A stretch of DNA of 64,000 nucleotides from an uncultured delta proteobacterium (GCA_963804955.1 CAWDSQ010000005.1:209484-273483), one strand, 5' to 3'; counted from the stretch's first letter, positions 9,318-20,767 are shown. A program made the numbers and translations. Notes: generated by a model from the sequence alone, not told the origin.

Positions 9318-9617
9318 ATGAATAATAAAATATATGTCGGCAACCTGACGGAACTCATAACTTCTGAGGATCTTAAGGATAACTTCAATGACCTTGGCAA
9401 ATGTATTTCAGCAAAAGTCATCAAAGACAGGCTGACGGGAAAATCAAAAGGATTTGCCTTTGTCGAAATGGCCACGGAGCAGGATGCGCAGGAAGTTGTG
9501 CGGAAATGCAAGGGCGTCGAGCTTGACGGAAATAAGCTGACCGTGAGTCTTGCGCGGCCCAAGACCGAGTCGAAAAACGCTGCCGGACCGGGTTTTAAGA
9601 AGCGCCGCGCTTTATAA
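9318..9617 (+). CDS. RRM (RNP-1) RNA-binding protein
   Basis: KIYVGNL (RNP2) and KSKGFAFVEM (RNP1). Confidence 0.92.
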   Translation: MNNKIYVGNLTELITSEDLKDNFNDLGKCISAKVIKDRLTGKSKGFAFVEMATEQDAQEVVRKCKGVELDGNKLTVSLARPKTESKNAAGPGFKKRRAL

Positions 9618-9813
9618 TTTATATACATGGAGATGAAATATGTGTAAAATGCACTGAGAATCACCTGTCGTGACTTCTCGTGCTTTTTCGGGCAAGCCGG
9701 ACTGGTTTTTGGAGTCCTTTGTAATCGGCCATAGTGTGGATGCAACAGGAATAAAACAAGATTACCAAAATCCACTCTCGCAAGTACTATTAATAAGAAA
9801 GGAGGAAAAAAGT

Positions 9814-10014
9814 ATGGCTGAAGGTAAAGTAAAATGGTTCAATGAGAAAAAAGGTTTCGGTTTTATTGAGTCTGCTGAACATGGGGACGTGTTTGTGCAT
9901 TATTCTGCAATTGCACAATCAGGTTTCCGTTCACTGGCCGAAGGCGATAATGTTACCTTTGATGTTGAAAAGGGCAACAAGGGTCTTCAGGCGGTTAATG
10001 TCAGAACAAAGTAA
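9814..10014 (+). CDS. csp: Cold-shock protein
   Basis: [41 protein letters not shown]. Confidence 0.95.
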   Translation: MAEGKVKWFNEKKGFGFIESAEHGDVFVHYSAIAQSGFRSLAEGDNVTFDVEKGNKGLQAVNVRTK

Positions 10015-10071
10015 GTACGCCAACCTGAGCAGGTGCTCCCCGTAACCGGGGGGGCCTGCTTCCAGATCCTG

Positions 10072-10117
10072 AAAGCGGATGAATGTAGGCACCTTTCTAC
10101 CTTCATCCGCTTTTTTT
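10072..10117 (+). terminator. Rho-independent terminator after csp
   Basis: aaagcggatgaa..ttcatccgcttttttt. Confidence 0.75.
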
Positions 10118-10282
10118 ATGCGCTCTGCCGCGTCCCGTGCAGCGGTGGAAATGTTTTTGTGCGCCCGGGATCCCGCTGTGTTCCGAGTCGTAACATTCTT
10201 TAATCTGCTGCACGCCGAAGCAGGCTCCTGTGCCTGTGAAAATAAGCATGCGTCATTGCCGCCCTGTGATATACTTATTTCC

Positions 10283-11180
10283 ATGAAACGGCTGTTTGTT
10301 CTGGTACTTATTATGTGCTGGCTGGCGCCGGCTCTCGCATTCGCCCCGCTGCGGACGCAGCACTTTGTTTTTTATGCCGGGGCCGAGGGGCAGAAGGCGG
10401 CAGCATATCTGGCTCAGAGCGCCGACGCAATCCTGCAGCAACATGGCGGCAAGCCTGGGCATGCAGGCAGGCGCTGTGATTGATGTGTATGTGGTGCAGG
10501 AGTTTGAGGAATTGTATCGGGCGCGGCCCGATGCCGGCCGCCTGCCATCATGGGCAGCGGGTGCGGCATATCCTGAAAAAAATCTTATCGTGCTTCTGCT
10601 CAACCGCAGCGCCGACCTTGATAAAACCTTTCTGCATGAGACGCACCACATGCTGCTGGGGCAGGCTTTCAGGGGAAGCGAGCGGGTGCCGCGCTGGCTT
10701 GATGAAGGGCTTGCCATGATCTGGGCCGATGAATGGAGCCTGTCGCGCCTGAACACCATGACCATGGCCGTTCTTTCCGGTAAACTTCTGCCCATGGATG
10801 AGCTTGCCGGGCATTTTCCCGCTGATCTGCGCAGCGCAGAAATCGCCTATTGCCAGAGCTTTTATTTTATTGCGTTTCTCAAAGGGGAATTCGGCAATGA
10901 AGCGTTCCGGCGGTTTTTTCTTGAATATATCAAGCATAAGGACTTTACGGGCGCGCTGCGCCTGGCCTACCGGATGGACTGGCCCGAGCTTGAAAAGCTC
11001 TGGCTGAAACACACCACCCTGCGCTTCAGCTGGATACCGCTTATCACCAGCACGTCGACCCTGTGGTTCGCGGCAGCGCTTCTGTTCATAGCCGGCTATA
11101 TTCGCAAGAAGCGCAAGGCGCGGCAGATTTTGCTTGCCTGGCAGCAGGAGGAGTCATGCTCGCCCGATACGCGGCATTAA
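10283..11180 (+). CDS. Secreted/membrane peptidase MA-like (gluzincin) protein; one frameshift near 10440
   Basis: Signal peptide MKRLFVLVLIMCWLAPALA; HETHH (HExxH) and PRWLDEGLA; C-terminal TM helix. Confidence 0.75.
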
Positions 11181-11223
11181 AAATTAAACACACGGGCGGG
11201 CAGGGCTGCGCGCTTCCTTAGCG

Positions 11224-12574
11224 TTACGTTCGTTCATCATAACAAAAGGTTTTGAGCGCATCGTAGAGCACCTTGATGCCGAAGGTCAGCTGCCTGATGC
11301 TGGTGCGCTCATTGTGGCCGTGAATGCGGTCGATGGCGTCAATGGAGGGCTCCATCTGGACGCCGTAGCAGGGAATGCCCAGCTGCCGGAAAAACCGGGA
11401 ATCGGTTGCGCCCGGAGACATATAGGGGAGCATGCACGCTTTGGGGTCAGTGCGGATAAAGCTTTGCTCCAGTACGCGGTAAAAATCGGTGTCGCAGGAT
11501 GATTCTGATGAAAGAGATCCCGACATTTCAATGGAGTAGTCGCCGCAGTCGTGAGCATCGAGAATGTGAGCAAGCGTTTTTTTAAACTCCTCAGGCGTTT
11601 CGCCGGGGAGAATCCGGCAGTCGACCTCGCAGGAGCACTCTCCGGGAATGACATTGGTTTTGCTGCCGCCGGCTATCAGCGTGGGCACGGCCGTATTTTT
11701 TACCAGCGCTGCAATAATGCGCCGCAGCACAGGGTCTGCAATGCGCTCGAGCACGGCAGTGCACCGTGATGCATCAAGAAGCCCTGCACAGTCAGCCTCC
11801 GGCATGAATCTGCTGCACTGCTGCAAAGCCGCGAAGAAATTTTTCAACAGGCGGAGTTATTTTTACCGGGAAACCGTGACCGGCCAGGGCCAGCACAGCC
11901 CGCGCCATAGTAACCACGCAATTATCATCATGGGGCACGGAAGCATGGCCGGGCCTGCCCCTGAAGGTGATGCGCGTCCAGCAGGCAGCCTTTTCCGCAA
12001 CCTGGCACAGGTAGATGGTGCTGGTGTCGCTTGAAAAGCCGAGCCCCACGCCTTCATTGATCACATAGCGCGTGCGCAGCTTCCCGGGATGATGCTGCAG
12101 GAGCCACTGCACGCCCCGGGCGCCGCCGATTTCCTCATCGGCAGTGGCGGCATATATGATTTTCTTTTCCGGCTCAAGCCCCTGCCGTTTCAATAGAGCC
12201 ATGGCCATGAGCTCCATGATCCCCAGCGACTTGCAGTCAACAGCTCCGCGGCCCCAGATCTCGCCGTCGAGAACGGCGCCGGAGAAGGGCGGATGCAGCC
12301 ATTTGTCGGCCTCTGCAGGAACTACATCGATATGGTGCAGCAGCAGCACATCGGCTGCAGCTTCGGAGCCGGTAAAACGCGAAATGAGATTGCCTCGCCC
12401 GGGAGCTGATTCAATGATCTCACAGGCAATATCCTCACGCTCAAGCGCTTTTTTGAGAAAAACAGCTCCGGCTGTTTCATTGCCGGGAGGATTGGTCGTA
12501 TTGACTTGCAGATAGCGCACCAAAAGGTCGGACGCTTCTTTTTCTATGCTGTCCCAGTCGATTGAACCTGTCAT
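11224..12574 (-). CDS. M20/M25/M40 family metallopeptidase/amidohydrolase; frameshift near 11800
   Basis: NTTNPPGNE, HHIDVVP, WGRGAVDCK, DEE, GHAS.P, KTNVIP, GATDSR, HGHNER. Confidence 0.85.
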
Positions 12575-12797
12575 ACCAACTCCATGATTGTACCCGGGCA
12601 TATGCGGTATACGCCCAAGATAAAACATTATTGATCTTACCGATAGTAGTACAACTCCCCATAAACAAGGGGGTAAAATGCCGGACACGAACCTGAAGGA
12701 ATCAGTCAATTGTAGGCCGGACAAAGCATAGCGTGTCCGGCTATCGAAAAGGCCTTGAGCTATAATTTGTCCAGCCGCGCTCCCCACAAACTATTTA

Positions 12798-12890
12798 ATC
12801 CCCCTTTGAAAAGGGGGAATACAGGGGGATTATGTGGCAGCCTACAAATCCCCCTAACCCCCTTTGCTAAAGAGGGAATTTTTTTGCCCC
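12798..12890. repeat. G/C-tract palindromic dispersed repeat, copy 1 (partial extra unit at about 12919-12942)
   Basis: atccccctttgaaaagggggaa..acaaatccccctaaccccctttgctaaagagggaattttt aligns with 25024-25115. Confidence 0.8.
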
Positions 12891-13205
12891 ATCTTTCCTG
12901 CGGACCCCAGAAATTAGCTCCCCTTTGAACAAGGGGGGGATACAGAATGATTGCAGCGGACAAATAAGCCGGCATGATCCCTTTAACATAGGGGAATTTT
13001 TGACAGAAATTGTTTTGATTACGGGAGATGTAATCGTTACGGGTCAATGCCCCGCAGCTTGCTGCGCATGATTTATACAACTAAAATATCTTTGATATCC
13101 CGTCCGCTTGCGGCATGGTAGTTCATTTTCATCCTGCACAATCAAATTTGAAGGACTGTCCGGGGCAAGTTAGGTAGAGCCCATTATGCAGAATAGTGAT
13201 TCTGC

Positions 13206-13737
13206 CTATATCGACGCGCCCTCAAGCCGCAGCAGCGATTTTTTGAGCTCGATTCCCTGGACAGCGGAAAAACCGCCCAGGCCCCCGTCTTCCCTGATTA
13301 CCCGGTGGCAGGGAATGATGATGGGAAAAGGGTTGCGTCCAAGGGCAGACCCCGACTGCGCGCATGGCCCGGGGGCTCCCGATTGCCTGAGCAAGCCAGC
13401 CATAGGTTCTCACCTGACCGTAGGCAATGGCGGATGCCGCCTGCCAGACCTTTCTTTGAAACGCAGTTGCCGGGGCAAGATCAAGGGGGCAGTCAAAACA
13501 GGGCCCTTCCCCATTAAAATATTTTTGCAATTCCAGAACCGTTTCTTGGAAGCCGGTTTCCCCGCAGCTCATGCCGGGAAATTGTGCTGCCATGCGGTCA
13601 AGCAGGCCGTCACGGTCCGGCTCGGGCAGATAGATTCTTTGCAGGCCCGCAGCTCCCCCGACAATGCCGCCCCAGCCAAAGGGGGTCAAAAAGCAGCATG
13701 CTGTAGAGTTAGTTATAGCGGGCAGAATGTTGTATAC
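13206..13737 (-). CDS. ogt: Methylated-DNA--protein-cysteine methyltransferase; frameshift near 13345; start uncertain
   Basis: FQRKVWQA..IAYGQVRTYG.LA..GSPRA.RAVG, then NPFPIIIPCHRVI..GLGGF in the next frame. Confidence 0.88.
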
Positions 13738-13811
13738 TGATCTTTGTCTGTGTTGCCGGTTTTCAGCATAGGTGTGCCTGAAAAAGAACCAATTGCTGCG
13801 ATAATAAACTA

Positions 13812-13840
13812 TTGACAACAGGCTTAATTTTCACTATTAT
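13812..13840 (+). promoter_or_regulatory. Sigma70 promoter of rpsT
   Basis: TTGACA-17bp-TATTAT. Confidence 0.65.
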
Positions 13841-13895
13841 GTTCAATTCTCAAATATAAAAAAGGTAATTACTATTTTACAAAAGGAGTCTTTCA

Positions 13896-14168
13896 TTGGC
13901 AAATCACAAATCAGCTCTCAAGCGTCATCGTCAGAGTCTTGAAAACCGGGAGCGTAACCGTGCGACACGATCACGCATGAAAACCGCTGTCAAGGCCGTC
14001 ACCCAGGCCGTTGAAACCAAGGATGCCAATGCCGCAGCCGTTCTGAGCAGCGCTGTTTCCGTTGTGGCAAAGTCGGCATCCAAAGGGCTTATTCATAAAA
14101 ACACCGCAGCCCGCAAAATTTCCCGACTCACGAAACGCACCAACGCCGCGCTTCAGGCAAAAGCCTAA
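13896..14168 (+). CDS. rpsT: 30S ribosomal protein S20
   Basis: MANHKSALKRHRQS..GLIHKNTAARKISRL; TTG start. Confidence 0.97.
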   Translation: MANHKSALKRHRQSLENRERNRATRSRMKTAVKAVTQAVETKDANAAAVLSSAVSVVAKSASKGLIHKNTAARKISRLTKRTNAALQAKA

Positions 14169-15169
14169 GCACGCAATTCCGTCAGCCGCAGCAGCAGCCG
14201 CTCAAGCACAATGCGGGCATCGGCCCTGCTTGACTTGGTCAGGCTGCTTGCCTCGAAAATTTCTTCAAAGATTCTACCCAGACGTTCAGCAGGCCAGCCT
14301 CTGGCCTGCTGCAGCACTCCTTTTACAACGAATTCCGGCAGCCGCAGCCGCTGGCCGATACGGGACGAGGATTCATTCTGATTGAGCATCAGCCGGGCGG
14401 TGCCGATCAGCCTGAACTGCCGGGCGATCATTTTCAGTACAACCAGCGGATGCACCCCTGAACCCAGAATGCCTCCGAGCAGCTCCAGGGACTGCTCAAG
14501 CCGGCCCTGCCCCACGGCGTCGACCAGATTGAATATCGTGCCTCTGCCTCCGCCGCAGACCACCTCATCGACATCTGCAGCTTCAACAGCTGTGCGCTCT
14601 CCGCAGTACAGAGCAAGCTTTTCAACTTCACCTGCAATGACCTGTGCGTTTTCTCCAAGAATTGCGCCGCAATAGGCCAGAGCGTCCGGGGCAATGGTTT
14701 TGCCGTAGCGCGCAAGCTGCGCTTTCACGAACTGAGCTATCTGCCTGTCGCCTTTGGGGTTCTGAAAAGCCAGGGCAGGGCCGAATTTTTTAAGCGCCTC
14801 AAGCCGTGTTTTATCCTTTTTTTCATCAAGCAGCAGCATGAAGACCAGGCAGCATGATTCCAGGGGCTTTTTAAGATAGGTCTTGAGCTGGTCCCACTGG
14901 GGCGCCTTGAAATGGTGCGCCTGCCGCACAATGACAAGTTTTTTGCGGGAGAAGAATGATATGGTGCGCACGGCCTGCAGTATATCGCCCGGTCCCTGGC
15001 TCTGCGCGTTCAACTGCCTGATATCCAGCTCCGCAGCACCCCCGGGGAAAAGAGCTGCCGTAACCAGCCGTATCGCTTCTTCCAGAGCAGGCTCATTGTC
15101 ACCGTAAAAAAAATAAAGGGGAGCGACAACTCCCCCTGCAAGGCTTTTTTTCAGGTCGTCGATGGCCAT
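14165..15169 (-). CDS. holA: DNA polymerase III delta subunit
   Basis: PLYFFYG, SFFSRKKLVIV, EVEKLALY, IFNLVDA; follows leuS-lptE. Confidence 0.9.
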   Translation of the reverse strand: MAIDDLKKSLAGGVVAPLYFFYGDNEPALEEAIRLVTAALFPGGAAELDIRQLNAQSQGPGDILQAVRTISFFSRKKLVIVRQAHHFKAPQWDQLKTYLKKPLESCCLVFMLLLDEKKDKTRLEALKKFGPALAFQNPKGDRQIAQFVKAQLARYGKTIAPDALAYCGAILGENAQVIAGEVEKLALYCGERTAVEAADVDEVVCGGGRGTIFNLVDAVGQGRLEQSLELLGGILGSGVHPLVVLKMIARQFRLIGTARLMLNQNESSSRIGQRLRLPEFVVKGVLQQARGWPAERLGRIFEEIFEASSLTKSSRADARIVLERLLLRLTELRA

Positions 15170-15703
15170 TTAAAAACCCATCATCATGCTGTCATGCGCC
15201 CGCTCGGCAAGGTCTTTGGCTATTTTTTGCAACGCCATGCGCTTGGATGCTTCAGATGCCTGAATGTCTTTGGTCAAAATAGGATAATCTTCGCCATGGC
15301 GCATGCCTTTACGCTTCCAGAGAACTTTGCCCGTTGTGCGCTCCTCAAGCTGCAGGTCCACAACCATCTGAAGAATATTATCAATAGACTTATCATTTTC
15401 GTTATAGGCTATAGACTCCTCCCTGAGGCTGCGCACCGTGCCGTACAGAATCACATCCGCCTCGTTCGCGCCAACCATCTGCAGCTTGCGGGTTGCGATA
15501 AATTCATTCATGAAAGCATTGGTGAAAATCTTTTCCGCTTCCGGCTCGAATGTTTTATTTTTGAAATACGGTATTGCCATCGTGTGCACATTGGCAAGCA
15601 GCGGGTTGTTGAGCTGCGCCCGGTGATAGCCGCAGCCGGCGGCTATCATGCTTACAAGACCGATAAAAAAGAAAATGCTGATTTTTTTCACATCACACCT
15701 CAC
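15170..15703 (-). CDS. lptE: LPS assembly lipoprotein LptE
   Basis: Lipobox AAGCGY; IPYFKNKTFEP; lies between leuS and holA. Confidence 0.85.
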   Translation of the reverse strand: MRCDVKKISIFFFIGLVSMIAAGCGYHRAQLNNPLLANVHTMAIPYFKNKTFEPEAEKIFTNAFMNEFIATRKLQMVGANEADVILYGTVRSLREESIAYNENDKSIDNILQMVVDLQLEERTTGKVLWKRKGMRHGEDYPILTKDIQASEASKRMALQKIAKDLAERAHDSMMMGF

Positions 15704-15739
15704 TTGCAGCTTTTAAAGAATTACGGTTCTTGAGAAAAG

Positions 15740-15903
15740 AAGCCAAAAAACAGAAGTCGGAATTCAGTAGTCAGAATTCAGAATAAATAGCTAAAGAGGC
15801 TCTGAATTCTGGGCAGGTTTAAAACCTGCCCCTACATGAATTTTTTAAATTTTGAATCTGCTTTCCTTCTGGCTTCTGACTCCTGAATTCTGCCTTCTGG
15901 TTT
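15740..15903. repeat. Inverted heptamer tandem-repeat cassette with a nested REP palindrome
   Basis: Left agaagtc-ggaattc-agtagtc-agaattc; right ttctggc-ttctgac-tcctgaa-ttctgcc-ttctggt; gggcaggtttaaaacctgcccctac at 15811-15835. Confidence 0.75.
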
Positions 15904-15914
15904 TATGCTCCGCA

Positions 15915-18500
15915 TTACTTTACGACAATGCTGACCAGTTTTCCCGGTACAACAATAACTTTTTTGATCTCTTTGCCGCTCACCCACGGTGCAACCTGCT
16001 CGCAGGCAAGGGCCTGCTGCTTGACGCTTTCCTCCGGGTCATCGGCTCCGGTTATGATTTTGCCGCGCAGCTTCCCATTGATCTGAATGACAATCTCAAC
16101 CTCATCTTCTCTGGCAACCTCAGGATCAAAGTCCGGCCATGGGGTATGCATGATGTTCGCCTGACCGCCCAGCATGCCCCAGAGCTCTTCGCACATATGG
16201 GGCACCATGGGAGCCAGCAGCAGCACCACGGCCTGCACAGCCTCTTTGAAAGCGAAGGCTGCGGGCGGGATCAGCGCCCTGCTTAAGATCATACTGATAG
16301 AGATGGTTCAAAAGCTCCATAACGGCGCTGATGGCGGTGTTGAAATGGAAACGCTTGTCGATGTCATCGGTCACCTTGCGGATGGTCTGATGGGTTTTGC
16401 GCCGCAGGGCCTTCACCTCGGCATCGGGAGCAAAGCCCGCCGGGCATGATGCATGTTGCCTGATAGTGTCCAGATTGTCAGCGGCTATGCGCCACACGCG
16501 CTGCAGAAAACGGAATGAGCCTTCAACGCCTTTATCGCTCCAGGCAAGGTCCATCTCCGGCGGGGCGGCAAACAGGCAGAAAAGCCGGGCCGTGTCAGCT
16601 CCGTATGTGCCGATCAGCAGCTCGGGATCGACAACGTTTTTGCACGATTTTGACATTTTCTCAATGCGGCCCACCTGCGCAGAGCCCCCGCATTTTTTGC
16701 AGGCGCCGTTTTCAGCCTCTTCGGGAAACAGCCAGCCGCACTTTTCGCAGCGGTAGGTTTCCATGCAGACCATGCCCTGCGTGAGCAGGTTGACAAAAGG
16801 CTCGTCGACATTCACGAGTCCGAAATCCCGCAGCACTTTCGTGTAAAAACGGGAGTACAGCAAATGCAGCACGGCATGCTCGATGCCGCCGATATACTGA
16901 TCAACGGGCATCCAGTAGTTGACCCGTTTTTTGTCCAGCATGCCCGTGTCAAAGTCAGAGCAGGTATAGCGGGCAAAATACCATGAGGACTCCACAAAGG
17001 TATCCATCGTGTCGGTTTCGCGGCGGGCAGGTTTGCCGCATATCGGGCAGGCCACATTCACGAAATCCGGCACATCCGAAAGAGGGGAGCGGCCCAGCAC
17101 CTCAAGCGAGACCTTCTCCGGCAGCAGCACGGGCAAATCTTTTTCAGGCACCGGCACCGTGCCGCAGCCATCGCAGTAAATCATGGGAATGGGCGCGCCC
17201 CAGTAGCGCTGGCGCGAAATGCCCCAGTCCTTGAGCCGGTAATTAATCGGCCTTTTTACCGATATTTTTTTCGGCAAGCGAATCGGTGATGGCGGCCTTG
17301 GCAGCTTCATTGGGCATGCCGTCGAAGGGGCCGGAATTGGCCATGATGCCCGGATCAACATAGGCGCAGTCCATGGCCGCAGGAGCAAGCTGCCTGCCCC
17401 TCGGGCTGGATCACCACCTTGATCTCAAGGCCGTATTTTTTTGCAAAGTCAAAATCGCGCTGGTCATGGGCAGGCACGGCCATGACAGCTCCCGTGCCAT
17501 AGTCCATAAGCACGAAGTTGGCGACATACACGGGCATGCGGTAGCCGGTCACGGGGTTTATGCAGTGGCTGCCGGTGAAGACGCCCTCTTTTTCAAGGTC
17601 ATCGGAGCAGCGCACGATTTTGTCCTGCTTCAGCGTCTTCTCAATGAAGGCTTTTACCGCTGCCGCCTGCGGCGTATCCTGTGAAAGGCTTATGGCAAGG
17701 GGGTTTTCCGGCGCTATGCTCATGAATGTGGCGCCGTAAAGCGTGTCGGGCCGCGTGGTGAAAACGGTTATTTTTTTGCCGGTGTTTTCAATCGGGAAGT
17801 CGATTTCCGAGCCGTAGCTGCGGCCGATCCAGTTGCGCTGCATGGCAACGACCCTGTCGGGCCAGCCGGTGAGCTTATCAAGGCTGTCCAGCAGCTCATC
17901 GGCATACTGCGTGATGCGGAAAAACCACTGCTCAAGCTCCTTCTGCTGCACCGGGCTTTTGCAGCGCCAGCACTGGCCGCCCTCGACCTGCTCATTTGCC
18001 AGCACGGTCTGGCATGAGTCGCACCAGTTTACCTGTGACTTCCTGCGGTAGGCCAGGCCCTTCTCCCACATTTTGATGAACAGCTGCTGCTCCCATCTGT
18101 AATAGCCGGGTGAGCAGGTGGCAAGCTCGCGGTCCCAGTCATAGCTGAAGCCGAGGCGCTTGAGCTGAACCTTCATCGCTTCGATATTAGCATAGGTCCA
18201 GGCTGCCGGATGGGTCTTGTTGCTGATGGCGGCGTTTTCAGCGGGCATGCCGAAAGCGTCCCAGCCCATGGGGTGCAGGACATTGTAGCCGCGCATCATC
18301 TTGTAGCGGGCCACCACATCGCCTATCGTGTAGTTGCGCACATGGCCCATGTGAATGCGGCCTGAAGGGTAGGGGAACATTTCGAGCAGATAATATTTTT
18401 CTTTGCCGGCATCCTCGCCGACCTTGAACGTCTTTGTGTCGTCCCAGTATTTCTGCCATTTTTCCTCGATGGCATGAGGGGTGTAAGGTGTCGTGTCCAT
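15915..18500 (-). CDS. leuS: Leucine--tRNA ligase; split by about 3 frameshifts
   Basis: [58 protein letters not shown]. Confidence 0.96.
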
Positions 18501-18744
18501 GCTCTGCGTGCCTGAGAATAAAAAATTCAACTGTTTGAGAATGCTTTAATTTTTGATTTTTAACACAGTTTAGCGGGGGTGGCAAGACAAACTGTCCGGC
18601 CCGCTGCAGCCCATGTCGAAAACCGCCAGTTTTGCTTTGCCGGAGAAAACTTTTTGTCGTATAGTGTGTTTTAAAAAATATAGTTGTTGCGTGATTTCCA
18701 GACAATAAAAAAATCATATATAATTATTAAAAGGAGGGAGTTTT

Positions 18745-19175
18745 ATGAACACAAAAAAACTGGTCTGGTGCTGTGCCGCTGTTTGCCCTGCTGATGCTGT
18801 CGGGGTGTAAGCCTTTTTATCAAAAAATGATAGAAGGCGAATGGAAGGTTGATACATATTATAAAAACGGCAGTGACGATACTACGGAATTTCTCCTGCT
18901 GTTCGGCGATTATACCATTACCTTCTATTCCAACGGTGACTTTGTCGAGGAATATCTTGCTCTCAACATACTTCCGACCACCAATACCGGCACCTGGGTA
19001 ATAGAGAAGAAACCGGAAGGGAAGTTGGGAGAATTTCAGCTGCGGCTGACCGATGACAGCCAGGTTAGAACTTTTGATATCAAAAAGATCTCGAAGGATA
19101 CGATCAATATTTACCGGCCATCTTGGCGAAGGAGACGATGAAGAGTTTTTCCTTGAGCCGGTGCCGGAGACATAG
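18745..19175 (+). CDS. Lipoprotein, lipocalin-like beta-barrel; frameshifts near both ends
   Basis: Lipobox MLSGC; IEGEWK..Y..NG; GTW; SD AGGAGG. Confidence 0.6.
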
Positions 19176-19235
19176 GCAAAGCAGACTGGTTCGGAGCGAA
19201 CCGGGCCCGTAAGATTCATGCTGGCTTGCAGATAG

Positions 19236-19277
19236 AAGCGGCGCCTGAAGGTATACCCTTCAGGCGCCGCTTTTTTT
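19236..19277. terminator. Terminator between convergent genes
   Basis: aagcggcgcctgaagg-tatac-ccttcaggcgccgcttttttt. Confidence 0.85.
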
Positions 19278-20332
19278 AAATGTTGTCAGACCTTTTAATG
19301 CGCCGTGGGCGCAAGCGAACCGGTCGGCGGCCTCGGCAAAGCGGGCAACCGTTTGTCATCATGGCGGCGAATTTGTCGGGCTTCAGCGACTGTATGCCGT
19401 CGCTGACCGCATGCTCGGGATTGGGGTGCACTTCGATGAGCAGGCCGTCGGCCCCTGCGGCAATGGCTGCATAGGACATGGGCGCAACGAGCTTCCAGTG
19501 GCCGGTGCCGTGGCTCGGGTCGACAACCACGGGCAGATGCGTGCGGTGCCGCAGCAGGGGAACGCAGCTGAGATCAAGGGTGTTGCGCGTGGCTGTTTCA
19601 AAGGTGCGGATGCCGCGCTCGCAGAGTATGACCTTGCTGTTGCCGGCAGACAATATGTATTCGGCGGACATGAGGAATTCCTCAATGGTCGTCATCATGC
19701 CGCGCTTTAAAAGCACGGGCTTGTCGATTTTGCCGAGCTCCTTGAGCAGGGCAAAATTCTGCACATTGCGCGCCCCCACCTGCAGCACATCGGCATACTT
19801 GCAGATAATGTCAATGTCCGAAGCTTTCATCACCTCGGTCACGATGGGCAGCCCGGTTTCGTCGCGGGCATTGCGCAATAAGAATCAGCCCTTCCTCTTC
19901 CATGCCCTGGAAGCTGTAGGGCGATGTGCGGGGCTTGAACGCCCCTCCGCGCAGCATGGTCGCCCCCGCAGCCTTCACGGCTTTGGCCGTCTCGATGAGC
20001 TGCTCCTCGCTTTCAACCGCGCAGGGGCCGGCGATCACCACCACATCCCGGCCGCCCACACTGGTGCCGTTGCGGACCGGTATGACGGTCTTCTCGGGCT
20101 TGACCTCAAGGCTTGCAAGCTTGTAGGGCTGAAGAATCGGCATGACATTCTCCACGCCCGGCATGTTCTCCATGGCCTGCAGCTTTTCCTTGCCGCGGCT
20201 GCTCCCGACAGCGCCGATCACGGTGCGCTCCGTGCCCTGAATGACATGGGCGTGGAACCCCAGCTCCTTGACCATGTCAACCACCTCCTGAAACTGCTGC
20301 TGCGTTATGTCTTTCTTTAAAACGATAATCAT
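19276..20332 (-). CDS. aroF: 3-deoxy-7-phosphoheptulonate (DAHP) synthase, type I-beta with N-terminal regulatory domain; frameshifted
   Basis: [60 protein letters not shown]. Confidence 0.93.
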
Positions 20333-20365
20333 TGTCTTTGCCTCCTGTGCGCATTAATAATAAAT

Positions 20366-20401
20366 AAAAAAAGAGCCATGGATGGATATCCATGGCTCTT
20401 T
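20366..20401 (-). terminator. Attenuator terminator upstream of aroF
   Basis: Minus strand AAAGAGCCAUGGAU-loop-AUCCAUGGCUCUUUUUUU, about 35 nt before the aroF start. Confidence 0.85.
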
Positions 20402-20469
20402 GAAATGTGCGCTTATTTAAATGGCCATGGACACCGCTTTGCTCTGCCCATGACCCTGATACAGCTGTA

Positions 20470-20541
20470 TCAGGCCCCACCGGCAGAGGGGCTAAAATTA
20501 AAATAAAACCAGAAAAAGCGGGTGATGGAAGACTGTCTCAT
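20470..20541 (-). CDS. Aromatic amino acid attenuation leader peptide [23 protein letters not shown]
   Basis: Read directly from the reverse complement; 5 Phe, 1 Trp and 1 Tyr within 8 codons; lies between promoter and terminator. Confidence 0.85.
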   Translation of the reverse strand: MRQSSITRFFWFYFNFSPSAGGA

Positions 20542-20602
20542 GACCTTGTTGTATGCTGCTAAAATGTTTGCAATGTTTTTTATGAACCTAATTTGTACCT
20601 TC

Positions 20603-20630
20603 ATTATAAATCAACCTGCTTTTTTGTCAA
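20603..20630 (-). promoter_or_regulatory. Sigma70 promoter for the leader and aroF
   Basis: TTGACA (20630-20625), 16 bp, TATAAT (20608-20603). Confidence 0.75.
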
Positions 20631-20711
20631 GCAAATTCAATATCACAAGCTTTTTCTTGTACTTTACGGGCTCGTATGGTAATTTTTTTTATTCTCAAAG
20701 GTGCTTTTGCC

Positions 20712-20767
20712 GTAGGGTGGGCTGCGCCCACCAAATAATTACTATCGGTGGGCGCAGCCCACCCTGC
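20712..20767. repeat. GTAG-type REP doublet (REPIN-like)
   Basis: gtagggtgggctgcgcccacc-spacer-ggtgggcgcagcccaccctgc. Confidence 0.8.
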
